In this document: in pieces, positions 1-13,800 of the stretch
How the letters are laid out: each line of letters opens with the position of its first letter
How positions within the stretch are numbered: the first letter of the stretch is position 1
Assembly: GCA_951406725.2 (NCBI GenBank)
Contig: OX597833.1
Span: 66,402,001 to 66,466,000, forward strand
Direction of reading: 5' to 3'
DNA: 64,000 bases
Origin: Octopus vulgaris
Taxonomy: Eukaryota
The notes under the pieces: model-generated
What the model was told of the DNA's origin: nothing
Database searches by the model: none
What the model saw: only the letters and a program-made list of their open reading frames with translations
Position numbers and translations under genes: made by a program

Positions 1-172
1 TCATTGTCAGCACCTTAATTATTGTTGCTAGTGGTGATGGTGGTGGCAATATAACTTTTAACCCTAAATAAGATAATTTTCCTGCTATCTTCGTCTTGAT
101 CACCTTTAGTATTGTTGTTGTTGTTAGTGGTCATGGTCGTAGCAGTGGAAGTAATACCTCTAAGTATTATTA

Positions 173-1252
173 TTATTGCTTATTTAGCTTGGGTTCGAAT
201 TTATCAATAAAATTCTTTTCTTTGATTTTCCTCTCGATTTCACTTGGGCTGTGTAATTTGTAGAATGGAAATATTATATATATTTTCCGACCACATGTTG
301 CTAGGTGGTTACTCAAAGGTATCTGACGGACCTCTGGGTCTCTAATCTGTTGCCGGTGTACACGTGAGCGTTCTAATAGTGCGTTTCCCGTCTGACCTAC
401 ATATATTTCTTCACAATTTGGGCATTTGATGCAGTAAATTAAATTTCTGCTTTTGCAGTTCATATTCGCGTTTGTGAATATTTTCCCGGTTTTTGTGTTT
501 ATATATTGACCGGTATGTATGAATTGGCATGTGCCACATCGGCTATCATTGCATTTAGATACCGTGAATGTTTGGTCTTTGTTGCTGAGGTCAAATTTTG
601 CCTTTGTTAGTAATGTTTTCAAGTTTTTAGGCTGTCTTTTACTAAGCACCATAGCTCGATCCTTGATTATGTCTTTTAATTCATTACTTTGGGCAATGAT
701 TGGTAGGTTTGCTTTGGCAATGTTGAAGATATTCTGGTGACATGGGTTGTGTGTCACTATGAATGGTATGACTTGTTCTTGTTTTCCTCTTCCTTGGGTT
801 GTCCTAAGTTGTTGTATAGGTATTTTTATAGCCCGCTGTATGCCATTTTCTATAAGTAGAGATGGGTATTTTTGTTTGAGCAAAAATTCTCTTAGTTCTA
901 TTAGGCGTTTGTTCCTGATATTTGCATCTTCTACAATAGTACAAATTCTTCTGGCTAGGCAGTATGGGATGTTACGTTTTGTATGTGGTGGATGGCACGA
1001 CTTAAAATTTAGGTATTGATGTGTGTCTGTGTGTTTATAGTATATATCTGTGGTGATGGTGGTGTCTTTTTTAATTACCATTATATCCAGGAATGGTAAT
1101 TTGGTACTACTCATCTCCTTTGTAAATTTGAGAGATGGGTGTAGGTTGTTCAGGAGGATATTGAACTCTTCCAGAGTATTTAGAGATTCTGTCCAGATTA
1201 TGAAACAGTCGTCTAGGTATCTCTTCCATGCCTTTTCAATATACTTTCTAAA
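173..1252 (-). mobile_element. Penelope-like element ORF fragment: RT C-terminal part (YLDD, thumb) plus GIY-YIG endonuclease, 5'-truncated
   Basis: Translation shows WKRYLDDCFIIW, KLPFLDIMV, TDIYYKHTDTHQYLNFKSCHP, NIPYCLARRICTIV, Cys motif CNDSRCGTC, then NLIYCIKCPNCEEIYVGQTG...ERSRVH (GIY-YIG). It is open for about 360 codons to the stop at 173. The first ~38 aa of the supplied ORF derive from the adjacent TA tract and Helitron. Confidence 0.93.
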
Positions 1253-1266
1253 TATATATATATACA

Positions 1267-1651
1267 CTAGCAGTATCGCCCGGCGTTGCTCAGGTTTGTA
1301 AGGGAAATAACTATAAAGCATTTTTAGAGAGTTATAGCCAAAAAATAGCAAAAAAATGGAAAACAAATGATGGTAAATTTTTTTTGAGAGTTAAAAAAGG
1401 TAGAGTTGCGTCCCCTAGACGGTCTGTGGTTTGGGTTTCTAATTCTCGACCCCATGTCGAATTTATCGATTTTTTTCAGAACTGGGGGAACTTTTCAAAA
1501 TTTTCGCTGCGTTAGTTTTGAATTATGACATTGGGCTATGTGTGTGTCAAGTTTCATCAGAATCGGTTGAAAGCCGTGGTCAGAGTGAGGGTACGAGAAA
1601 ACAGACACACAGAAACACGCACAGACAAACTGCCGTTTATATAGAGAGAGA
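1267..1651 (-). mobile_element. Non-autonomous Helitron (~385 bp)
   Basis: Minus strand reads A|TCTCTCTCTATATAAACGGCAG ... CCTGAGCAACGCCGGG (subterminal hairpin) CGATACTG-CTAG|T. This gives a 5' TC, a 3' CTAG, an AT target and no TSD. Confidence 0.8.
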
Positions 1652-1971
1652 TATATATACATACATACATACATATATATATATATATAATATATATATG
1701 TATATATATATATATCGAATACAAAGACCATGCGGAAAATTCTAGGTTTAATAATGGTTCAAAATCCAATGCCACTCTCACAAATCGTTCAATTATCATT
1801 TCCAACAAGTCACATGTTATAGAAATACGTATAAAAAAAAATGTCTCCTACCATTTGGCTGCATTGCTGGGCTGTAAATGTAATTCCTATTCAGAACAGA
1901 GTCATTAGCAAAAAGGACATTGATTGGTTTAGAAGTAGGAAAATTGCAAAGCATTTTACTTCCATCAGAGT

Positions 1972-2022
<51 letters not shown>

Positions 2023-2301
2023 GTATGTATGTGTGTATGTATGTATGTATGTATGTATGTATGTATGTGTTTATGTATGTATGTATGTATGTATGTATGT
2101 ATGTATGTATGTATGTATGTGTGTATGTATGTATGTATGTGTGTGTGTGTATGTATGTGTGTATGTATGTATGTATGTGTGTGTGTGTATGTATGTGTGT
2201 ATGTATGTATGCATGCATGTATGTATTATGTATGTATGTATGTATGTATGTAAGTATGTATGTATGTATGTATATATAGACCTCAATTTACACACACAGG
2301 C

Positions 2302-2334
<33 letters not shown>

Positions 2335-2476
2335 TATATATATACATATATATATATATACATATATATAAATACTACACACACATATATATGTATAGGT
2401 GTATATATATATATATACATATATATGCACAAACACACCTAAAATGAAATGTATATATGTATATATACATGTATAT

Positions 2477-2545
<69 letters not shown>

Positions 2546-2623
2546 GTGTATATGGACTATGCACTTAGCAAAACATTTCGCCTGCTCATTCCTTTTGCTT
2601 TTTTATCTTATTATCTATTTATG

Positions 2624-2669
<46 letters not shown>

Positions 2670-3074
2670 GATCTATCTATCTATCGATCTATCTATCTAT
2701 TTATCTCTACACACTTACACACATATGCATTGGGAACTTCTACGAAGAACATATTCGCCTGCATGCTTCCATTTTAGAAAATGGCAATTTTCGTTTACCG
2801 AAACGCATAATAAAACATGCAGAATAGTGTAAATGTTAAATTTAAACAAAAAAAGAAAACTAGAAGAAGAAGAAAAAAATTATGGTAGATTTGAATTAAT
2901 GTTATGGAAGCACAGAACGAAAATTAAAAGGGTCTATCAAAGTAAGGCTTCACTTAACGCATTCTGTTTAACATCACCGTTTCACGGTTCATTTAACTTC
3001 TCACAAATCTTCGTATTTTTCATCAACCAAACCATTTAAATTAGCATATTCGTTAAGTTTTCTCTTAGCTTTTC

Positions 3075-3572
<498 letters not shown>

Positions 3573-3618
3573 TTTGTCCGAAAATATAAATAAAATATCC
3601 TTGAATATTTTATTATTT

Positions 3619-3652
<34 letters not shown>

Positions 3653-4217
3653 CCACACACAAAAATCAACAAAAAAAAAAGAAAACAAAGCAAAAAATCT
3701 GTCGTTGTTGTTGTCAATTTGTTTCTCTTATGGGAATCCTGAAAATGATTAAAAGATCGGAAGATTATAGGATAGCAATTAATTCCAATATCAGGATTTC
3801 CATTTTATATTCTTCGACTTTTCTCTTATTTGGGATAAAAGCAAAAAAAAAAGTAAAAATAAAATTCCAAAAACAAAAACAAAAAATCGTCAAAATAGTA
3901 CAAAAAAAAAATAAATGAAGAATTTACTGGTTTTCGTTTCAGGAACTGCCAATTAAATATTTTAGAAACTATATATTTTCTGTAGATGGGGACATATTCT
4001 AAGTGACCCGAGCGAAAAGTAATTATTTTCGTAAATTTTAAAATAAATGAATTTTGTTTCTTGATGCATGATATGTATCTAGCACGCAATACCGGGGAAA
4101 AATGTGTAAATAACAACCATCATCACGACGACGACGACGACGATGACCACCACCAACACCACCACCACAACCACCACCACCAACAACAACTCCACCACCA
4201 CCACCACAACCACAGCT

Positions 4218-4400
4218 AAAATTTACAATGAAAAACATGAAGACAGGTGTACGAACAACGAACAGGTGTATTAGTTTAATGCTCGTGAAAAATGGAAAAA
4301 GTCTTTTACGTTTCGAGCATACGCTCTTCGACGGAAAGAATAAATGGGAAAAAAAATGGAGAAAACGAAAAGAAAAGCAGAGAGTGTAGAATATATATAT
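4218..4400 (-). mobile_element. PLE pLTR-like repeat (family H3) with HHR-like motif at 4303-4338
   Basis: Minus: CTTT-CCGTCGA-A-GAGC-GTAT-GCTC-GAAAC-GTA-AAAG. Flanks are homologous to the copies at 16.4, 16.7, 31.6 and 62.6 kb. Confidence 0.7.
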
Positions 4401-4757
4401 TCTAGAGGAACCCGAACAGGACGTCACTGCACTGTTCGAAAGATCCCACCCATCCTGTCTAGAGTGAGAAAAAGGTACAACAATAGTTTCGGATTCAAGA
4501 GCCCACAACTATTGAATGACTTGCCAAAAATCCGAGACATCTACATGGATTAGGGGTCGATGTTTTCCAGAGGTAACTTGACGTCTTGCAGTTCAAAACC
4601 CCAGATAAACTTGCATCAAGGGAAGAAAAACAAAAAAAGGGCGGTAATATCAAACACCGTCAGTCACCAAAAGTCAATCACAAAAGAATGGGCATTAAAA
4701 AGGTGATAACATTGGTGGTGCCTCATCATGGCCACAGCTTTTGGACTGAAACGAATA
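4400..4757 (+). mobile_element. CR1-group LINE 3' end fragment
   Basis: RTGRHCTVRKIP...RYNNSFGFKSPQLLNDLP is similar to the translation at 46310-46570. It ends in the shared tail GGTGGTGCCTCATCATGGCCACAGC...GAAAC. Confidence 0.65.
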
Positions 4758-4842
4758 ATATATACATATATATATACATATTCTGCATATATACATATAT
4801 ACAAATTAATCATTCTATCCCTCGGTCTATCTGTCTGTCTAC

Positions 4843-4915
<73 letters not shown>

Positions 4916-4916
4916 G

Positions 4917-5016
<100 letters not shown>

Positions 5017-5035
5017 CTCTCTCTCTCTCTATCTC

Positions 5036-5082
<47 letters not shown>

Positions 5083-5084
<2 letters not shown>

Positions 5085-5119
5085 ATATCTGTTTGTCTCT
5101 CTATCTATATCTATATATC

Positions 5120-5153
<34 letters not shown>

Positions 5154-5334
5154 TGTATGTATCATGGAAGGCTAGAGATGGGACTGATAACCTTCCACGG
5201 AATACTAATCGGACACAGACTGTGTGTCGTTGGCAAGTTGGACGAGATGTCTCCCTGGGGTTAAAAACGACAGTAACACCGTCCTCTATAGGACCGCCAC
5301 ATTTAGTTGGCAAATCTATCTATCTATATATATC

Positions 5335-5406
<72 letters not shown>

Positions 5407-5644
5407 TAAATAGATATATATAGATAGATAGATTTGCCAAATAAATGTGGCGGTCCTATAGAGGACGGTGTTACTGTCGTTTTTAACCCCAGGGAGACAT
5501 CTCGTCCAGCTTGCCAACGACACACAGTCTGTGTCCGATTAGTATTTCATGGGAGGTTATCGGTCCCATCTCTAGCCTTCCATGATACATATAAACATAC
5601 ATACATACATATATAGATATATAGATATAGATAGAGAGACAAAC

Positions 5645-5655
<11 letters not shown>
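5083..5655. repeat. Long inverted repeat (foldback) centred on (TA)n at ~5372-5394
   Basis: Unique segment ~5161-5314 is the reverse complement of ~5430-5587 with few mismatches. The flanking microsatellites are mirrored too. Confidence 0.92.
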
Positions 5656-5691
<36 letters not shown>

Positions 5692-5704
5692 ATATGAATA
5701 TATG

Positions 5705-5746
<42 letters not shown>

Positions 5747-5793
5747 TATATATATATATATTTATGAATGTATGTATATATAAGAATAAAAGA

Positions 5794-5844
<51 letters not shown>

Positions 5845-6172
5845 GATGTACATATACTGATACTGACATGAAACCAGAAAAGGAAATTCTATCTTATTGT
5901 TTGTTTATTATGGAAACCAAATGCATCAAGAGCAACAAGAACCGACAAATAAGAAATACAAACAACAAATAAAGACCAACAACAACCAGAGAGAGAGCAA
6001 GAGAGAAAAGAGAGAGAGAGAGAGAGAGGGAGAGGGAGAGAAGGAGAGCGGTAATTCCAAGGTATTATTTACAAACGTTGTTACTATCGATTCGTAAACA
6101 GTTACAATGATCTTTCTCAGGAGACAAATACAAAACAAGATATTGAAGAAATAAAAATATAACGTAATAATA

Positions 6173-6203
<31 letters not shown>

Positions 6204-6476
6204 TGATAAAAACAATGATGTTGATAATATAATAAAGGGCAAATCGTGATAAATGAAAAAGAGCAGCTAAATGGAAGAGGGGGGAATGAATTGCGCTGAA
6301 TCTGAGAGATTAAATGCTCTTAAGTTCTCGTCTGGCGCCAAGTGAGACGCGGTCTTTCTCCCCCAAGTCTTCGCTGGTTCATGGATCCTGTTTTGTTTTG
6401 AAGAATTCTGTCTTGTCTTCGTGTCTTCGTGTATTCCATCATTTGTCTCTCCTCCCCCCGTCTCTCTCTTTTTCCT

Positions 6477-6508
<32 letters not shown>

Positions 6509-6599
6509 CCTCTTTGGGTTCATCGGTGTGGTTTATAGCAGTTTTTGATTTCACTTATATAGAACTTATATTCTAATATATCAATATGCATATTTATGC

Positions 6600-6638
<39 letters not shown>

Positions 6639-6986
6639 CACATATATATATGTATATATATATACATGCATATAAATACATATAAATATATATATACATG
6701 CATATAAATACATATAAATACATACATACATACATATATATATAAATATATATATATATACATAAATGGAGATATATATATCTATATACATACAAATATA
6801 CATACACACACACACACACACACATACATATATACACACACATATATATGTATATATACATACACTCATATATGTATAAATATATATATGCATATGTATA
6901 TGTGTGTGTGCGTGTATATATATATTTGTATAATTATAGCTATTCGTGTATAAGCATTTGTATCCATAGATATATAAATATATTAC

Positions 6987-7031
<45 letters not shown>

Positions 7032-7519
7032 TGTATATATATAAGCATACATACTATGTATGTAGGTATATATATATATGTATATATACATTAATATATA
7101 TACGTATTATATATATATATATAATATATGTATATATGTGCGTATATATTTGTATATATACATGTATATCTATCTGTCTATTTATAGTTATCTGTCTGTC
7201 TACCTGTGTCTCTCTCTCCCCCCTCTCCAAAGACACACATACACACACACACACATATAAGTATAGATACATATATAAAAGAATGACATAAAAGAAAGAC
7301 AGATGGACGAATGGATACAGAGAACAAATATGAGAGAGAAAGAGAAAGAGAAAGAGTGAGCGAAGAAGTGTGTGAAAGAGAGAGAGGAAGAGGGGGAGTG
7401 TATGTGCGGGAGAGAAAGAGAGAATCTTGTTTAAGCTTGCTGTTATTGTATACATGATGTTGAGTGCGGTGTATGCAAAGATGGCGGTGGTAGTGTTGGT
7501 ATAGTTAGCAGTAGTAAGA

Positions 7520-7738
7520 GCAGCGAGCTGGCAGAATCGTTAGCACACCGGAGCATTAATGCTTAGCGGTGGTTATTCGTCCGTTTTTTATTTTCTGGGT
7601 TCAAATTCCGCCGAGGTTGACTTTCCCTTTTATCCTTTTGGCTCCGAAAAAATAAGTACCGGTTGAGTCCTGGTGGGGTCGATGGAATCAACTATTCCTT
7701 CCCGCCAAATTTCAGGCCTGGTGCCTATAGTAGAAATG
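7520..7738 (+). mobile_element. tRNA-head SINE, family B
   Basis: GAGCTGGCAGAATCGTTAGC (A box) ... GGTTCAAATTCC (B box) ... AAGTACC ... GTGCCTATAGTAGAAA; homologous to 24007-24226. Confidence 0.8.
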
Positions 7739-8052
7739 TTTTACTCTTTTACTCTTTTACTTGTTTCAGTCATTTGGCTGCGGTCATGCTGGAGCACCGC
7801 CTTTAGTCGAGCAAATCGATCCCCACGACTTATTCTTTATAAGCCTAGTTCTTATTCTATCGGTCTCTTTTGCCGAACCGTTAAGTTACGGTGACGTAAA
7901 CACACCAGCATCGGTTGTCAAGCGATGTTGGGGGGACAAACATAGACACACACATACATACATATATATATATATACATACATATATGCGACGGGCTTCT
8001 TTCAGTTTCCGTATACCAAATCCACTCACAAGGCTTTGGTTGGCCCGAGACC
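7739..8052 (-). mobile_element. SINE family A, 5'-truncated
   Basis: Reverse-complement match to the 3' two-thirds of 34797-35222, including the internal microsatellite and (GTAAAAGA)n tail. Confidence 0.85.
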
Positions 8053-8115
8053 AGCTCTGTGTAATATTAGAGAATATATATGTATGTTTATAGAGAATAT
8101 ATATATGTATATATG

Positions 8116-8365
8116 TGGAGGCGCGTGGCTTAGTGCTTAGGGTGTCAGCATCGTGATCATAAGATTGTGGTTTCGATTCCTGGACCGGGCGACGCGTTGT
8201 GTTCTTGAGGAAAACACTTTATTTCACGTTGCTCCAGTTCACACAGCTGGCAAAAATGAGTAACGCTTCGATGGGCTGGCGTCCGATCCAGCAGGGGAAC
8301 ACATACGCCAGTGAAACCGGGAAACCGGGCCCATGAGCCTGGCTAGGCTTTAAAAAGGGCGCATT

Positions 8366-8370
<5 letters not shown>
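8116..8370 (+). mobile_element. tRNA-head SINE, family C (tail type 1)
   Basis: GGCGCGTGGCTTAGTGCTTAGGG ... GGTTTCGATTCC ... GTGTTCTTGAGGAAAACACTTTATTTCACGTTGCTCCAG; head shared with 50371 and 51365. Confidence 0.82.
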
Positions 8371-8413
<43 letters not shown>

Positions 8414-8927
8414 TTAGAGAGAGAGAGAGAAGAGAGGAAAAGAGAGAGAAAATTGGTGAGAGAGAATAAGAGACAGATTGGCAAAGAGTGAATGAGAGTG
8501 AAGATGGACATCATGTGTTGTTATGGCGGTGCCCCAGCATGGCCAGGTGCATATAGCCCAAACAGTAAACAAGTAAAAGAATGAATGCTTGATGGTGTTG
8601 AGCGAATAAATATGAAAAGGGATCAGCGTTCAAGAAAGAGACGAGAGTCTTGGGTTTGGAGAGTCCATTGTCTCTGAATCTGCAGGCACCATTCCAACGG
8701 TGCCGACTAAAGCACAAATACCTACACACATGCGCACGCACACACACATATACACACACATACTTAGAATCACATAAATATGGTATATAATTATGTGTAG
8801 GTATTTATGTTGCATGTGATGCGTGCGTGTGTGTGTGAGTGTGTATATATATATATTCCTATGTGCATATATATATGTATAGTGACATGTATATGTATAC
8901 ACGCACACACTTATATACATACACACA

Positions 8928-8982
<55 letters not shown>

Positions 8983-9292
8983 ATATTATACACATACATA
9001 TACACCCATATATGTATGCATATTTATATATAAGCACATGAATATATGGTGCATACGCTTACATATATGTGAGCATGGACATACACACTCACACACACAC
9101 ACCCACACACAACTCACACACACACACATCTATAGAACATGCCCATAAGTGTATGCGTATATGTATATGTATATCTATACTCACGCACACTGTCCTGTAC
9201 TCACGTATATATATTTATATATGCATGTATATATACATGTAGATGTGGGTACGTACATATATGTATGTATGCATACATTTTATTTATTACAC

Positions 9293-9336
<44 letters not shown>

Positions 9337-9662
9337 GTACACACACATACAGTTGCGCATATACTCACACAGACGCACAAACACATGCACACACACACAC
9401 ACTCACTCTCTCTCTCTCTCTCTCGCATATCTCAGTAGTCGTGTTGTATTTGCTTTTGTCTTATTAGAACTTAATGAAATTGGTAGACGTGAGGTGTGAG
9501 ACATGTGGAATGGTAAATGGTTCCACAGTTGAAAGGTTAATGCCAAGACTTGTTTCTTACATATTTCACATTTCCTCGAGATGGGAAAACGTTTATTATA
9601 TTCGGAAGAAAGAAAAATTAATGAAAAGTTCAGAGGTACATCTTACTCTTGATTATGTATGC

Positions 9663-9731
<69 letters not shown>

Positions 9732-9736
9732 GAACG

Positions 9737-9900
9737 TGGGCGCTGGCTTAGCTGTGTGGTTTAGAAGCTTGCCTCTCAGCCATACAATTCCAGGTTCAGC
9801 TCCACAGCGGGATATCCTGGCCAAGTGTCCTGACCTATAACCTCGGACCGACCAAAGCTTTATGAGTGAACTTGGTAAACGGAAACTGAAAGAAGCCCTC

Positions 9901-9934
<34 letters not shown>

Positions 9935-10142
9935 GTATGTATGTGTGTTTGTGTTTGTGTTTGTCCCCCACCACCACTTGACAGCAGGTTTTGACCTGTT
10001 TAAGAACCCCGTAACTTAACGGCTAAGCAAAAAGAGACCGATAAAATAATTACCAGTTTTAAAAAGCACTGGGTTCCAAAAAATTTTTCAAGGCGGTGCC
10101 CCAGCACGGCCGCAGTCTTATGATTAAAACAAGAAAAGGAGA
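9737..10142 (+). mobile_element. SINE family A (diverged, near full length)
   Basis: Head TAGCTGTGTGGTTTAGAAGCTTG...GGTTCAGCTCC, internal TA/TG tract, tail GGCGGTGCCCCAGCACGGCCGCAGTC. Confidence 0.8.
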
Positions 10143-10779
10143 AAATATATACATACATATATTTATGTTCAGAAAAGCGTCTCATATACATATATATATT
10201 CATATATGTATTTATGTATAAATGTATATATTTATGTATGCGTATGAGATGCTTTTCTGAACTTTTCATTAATATTTATAAGAGATAACGTTTTGTTGCT
10301 GCTAAAATAACATTTGAAATTGAAATGATTAAGTGAACTTGCTAAATTTTTCCAGCAGGAGTAGTTTACCTTTGTCAGGTTTCGGTTAAAAATTTTATGA
10401 TATCTGCGATTCACAAGAAAACGAAAATAAATTAAATACAGGAAATATTTAGCAGTATTTGATCGTAAGTTCGTGCAGAAAACTGAATTATGCCACTAAA
10501 CAATGCTTTATAGAATAGATAAAATGCACAACCAGAACTTACGCAGACGGTAAGTTTAGATCTGGAAGAAGGAAAAGTTCGCGAAATCAGACGAAGTCAG
10601 ATAAAAGCCTGAAATCTTTCTTTATCGAATCTTTTCATTTTAGTTAAAAGGATTAAATTCAGGAACATTCACAGCAACTTTCAAAGTCGTTTTAACAAGT
10701 GTTTAACATCATTATGATATTTCAAGAAAATTCATGTACCATCGAACAAGAGAAAAAATGTTTTAGCAGAGAGAAAAGC

Positions 10780-11170
10780 ACACATATTCGTTATCTAATA
10801 ACATTATTGACATTTACAAAAAATATGGCATCATTACATACGACTCCACAAACTTGGAAGCTAAATTAATTGTCACTGCACTACACAAAATAGAATATTT
10901 AGCGTGCATACCGTACATTACTCACAAAGATCACAAGGGTAATTTTTGCAGTAAACACCAAATGCAAGTTATTCAACCAGTCTAAAATCAAATTAGAAAT
11001 AGTTAGCAAGCATATCCTAGGTTCAATTATATCTGGAATACCAAAAAAAAAAAGCAACTTAGCTATGGAACAACAGTACGACCATAATAGACTGGTTCAA
11101 CGCTATTAGCAACAAACAACACTGGCAATTTGCCGTTTGATATTATAGAATTCTGCGCTTCCATCACACA
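10780..11170 (+). pseudogene. Degenerate Penelope-like RT N-terminal fragment
   Basis: Frameshifted translation PYITHKDHKGNF..KCKLFNQSKIKLEIVSKHIL..WNNSTTIIDWFNAISNK..FDIIEFCASI resembles the PLE RT motifs ITLKDHK/CRLINP/FDIVEFYPSI. Confidence 0.75.
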
Positions 11171-11186
11171 CACAAAAATATTACTG

Positions 11187-11217
<31 letters not shown>

Positions 11218-11326
11218 GCATACACAAATATATATAAAACATTTATATGAATACATGGAAACACCCGCAGACATGTTATTTACAGCCATAAATATATACT
11301 TAGGCATACACATATGCATACACACT

Positions 11327-11357
<31 letters not shown>

Positions 11358-11388
11358 GCATATATACGTATGAATATGGAGTTACATA

Positions 11389-11433
<45 letters not shown>

Positions 11434-11486
11434 CGCAATACATAGATATATGTAGATACGCTATTATGAGATATATATAGATATAC

Positions 11487-11519
<33 letters not shown>

Positions 11520-11523
<4 letters not shown>

Positions 11524-11740
11524 TCAGCAAAAATTTAGATTCAGATGAATATGGTACTTAAGTTAAAGGCACCAGAATTTGGTATGGTATTATGCATATA
11601 AATCAAATGGGGTGATTATAATCAAAATAAGCAACAAGGATATCCAAAGGTAGTGTAGTACAATCGTTTCATGCTACTTCGTTTAATTAAACAATGCAAG
11701 TATTACATCAGTTTTAAAATGTAGACCACTCTTCAGTCAC
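11520..11740 (-). mobile_element. pLTR-like repeat with degenerate HHR-like motif (11655-11740)
   Basis: Minus: CTGAAGA-GTGGTCTAC...GTAGCAT-GAAA-CGATTG-TA-CTAC. Stem I pairs poorly. Abuts (TA)n. Confidence 0.45.
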
Positions 11741-11744
11741 ATAT

Positions 11745-11925
11745 GGAATTCCATATTTTGTTGCCAGAGCAATCTGGACAAAGTCTTCGGGGTCCAATCA
11801 ATTACTCTGCTTTGATTTTATTTTCTTTAGAGTAGAAAATCCTTGTCTGCAAACGTAGGTTGGTTGTTGCAAAGGGCAGCAACTTTTAGATTGCTTCCTC
11901 GTACCAGAAGAAAATGTTCTGCTGC
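11745..11925 (-). pseudogene. hAT (Charlie/Buster-like) transposase C-terminal dimerisation-domain relic
   Basis: Minus translation with a frameshift and stops: KLLPFATT..YVCRQGFSTLKKIKSKQSN*LDPEDFVQIALA, matching the LLPFxTTYLCExGFS..IKTKxRNRL motif. Confidence 0.75.
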
Positions 11926-12744
11926 AACAAGGAACAGGTTTTTTTTAATGTAATTTTACTTACGTCTGAGTTCTCATTACCTCCAAGGATTTTATTTTTA
12001 CCCCACTTGGAGTAATTTACCCCGGTTCGCCGACCCCTGCTATAGATTCGAATCGTGCAAACGTTATTTGCACTCAGTACATACGATGCTTTGTATAAAG
12101 AAATTCCTTTCTACTCTCGGCACAAGGTCCGAAATTTTGCCGGAGAGGGCCAGTCGATTAGATCGATCCCAGTACGCAAATAGTTTTTAATTTATCGCCC
12201 CCAAAAGGATGAAAGGCGGAATTTGCTCTGTGTAAAGAAAATGACAGACTAAGTACCCGGCTTAAAAAAAAGTATTAGGTTTAATTAGACTGCACCCCAC
12301 CATGGTGGTAGTCTAATGACTGAAAATAAAAATGAAAGGGTAGCAGAGAGTATATCTGAAGAAAAGATGCGATGGTCATGGTTGGATTCTTCTTAATAAA
12401 AAGTTAGCTGGATGAGGGTTGCGATGAGGGTAGCCAACAACAACCACACCAGCAACATTTTCAGTTGTTTATATTTCATTCTCTCACTCACCCCCACCAC
12501 CCATGCACTCACCTACTCATTCCCTCTCTCACTCTTTCACTCTCTTACACTCCCTATTACACTCCCACGCACACTCGTTTATTCTCCGATGCACACATTC
12601 ACTCATTCATATTGGCACTCTTTCACTTACTAACTTATTCGTTTGCTTTCTCATTCAACTAAACTCTCATACACGCTCCCCCTCACTCAGTTATTCTTTC
12701 ACTCCCCCTCTCTCACTCAATCTGTCAATCTGTCAGTCAATCAG

Positions 12745-13200
12745 TTAGTCACTCACTCACTCACTCACCTACTCACTCACTCACTCACTCACTCACTCAC
12801 TCACTCACTCACTCACTCACTCACCCGCTCACTCATTCACTAATTCACTCACTCACTCACTCACTCACTCACTCACTCACTCACCCGCTCATTCACTCAC
12901 TAATTCACTCACTCACTCACGCACTCATTCATTCATTCACTCACTCACTCATTCACTCACGCACTCATTCATTCACTCACTCACTCACTCACTCACTCAC
13001 TAATTCACTCACTCACTCACTCACCCACTCACTCATTCACTCCCAGTCAGTCCTTTATTCATTCCCGTCCTCATTCAATCTCACATTGACTGAATGACTG
13101 ACTGACTGACTCACTCATTCATTCACCCGTTTACTCAGTCACTCAATCTCTCATTCACCCACTCATGCACTCCCACCCAATCTTTTATTCACTCACTCAC
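12745..13200. repeat. (CACT)n / (CATT)n microsatellite
   Basis: Directly visible. Confidence 0.9.
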
Positions 13201-13221
13201 TCACTTTCTCAATAACTCCTT

Positions 13222-13800
13222 CACTTAATCTTTCATTCACCCACTCATTCACCACAACTCAATCTTTTACTTGCTTTCTTTCTCAATAACTCCTTCTCTC
13301 CCTCCCTTCCTTCCTCACTCTCTCACTTACGCAATAGCTCCTTCACTCAATTTTTCATTCACCCACTCATTCACTCCAACTCAATCTTTTACTTGCTTTC
13401 TTTCTCAATAACTCCTTCTCTCCCTCCCTTCCTTCCTCACTCTCTCACTTACTCAATAGCTCCTTCACTCAATTTTTCATTCACCCACTCATTCACTCCA
13501 ACTCAATCTTTTACTTGCTTTCTTTCTCAATAACTCCTTCTCTCCCTCCCTTCCTTCCTCACTCTCTCACTTACGCAATAGCTCCTTCACTCAATTTTTC
13601 ATTCACCCACTCATTCACTTCAACTCAATCTTTTACTTACTTTCTTTCTCAATAACTCCTTCTCTCCCTCCCTTCCTTCCTCACTCTCTCACTTACGCAA
13701 TAGCTCCTTCACTCAATTTTTCATTCACCCACTCATTCACTCCAACTCAATCTTTTACTTGCTTTCTTTCTCAATAACTCCTTCTCTCCCTCCCTCCCTC
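13222..13800. repeat. 122-bp unit tandem repeat, ~4.6 copies
   Basis: CAATAACTCCTTCTCTCCC recurs at 13284, 13406, 13528, 13650 and 13772. Confidence 0.93.

Noticed and set aside
1253-1366. N-terminal ~38 aa of the 397-aa ORF
   Set aside because: Read-through from the Helitron 3' end and TA tract; not part of the PLE protein.
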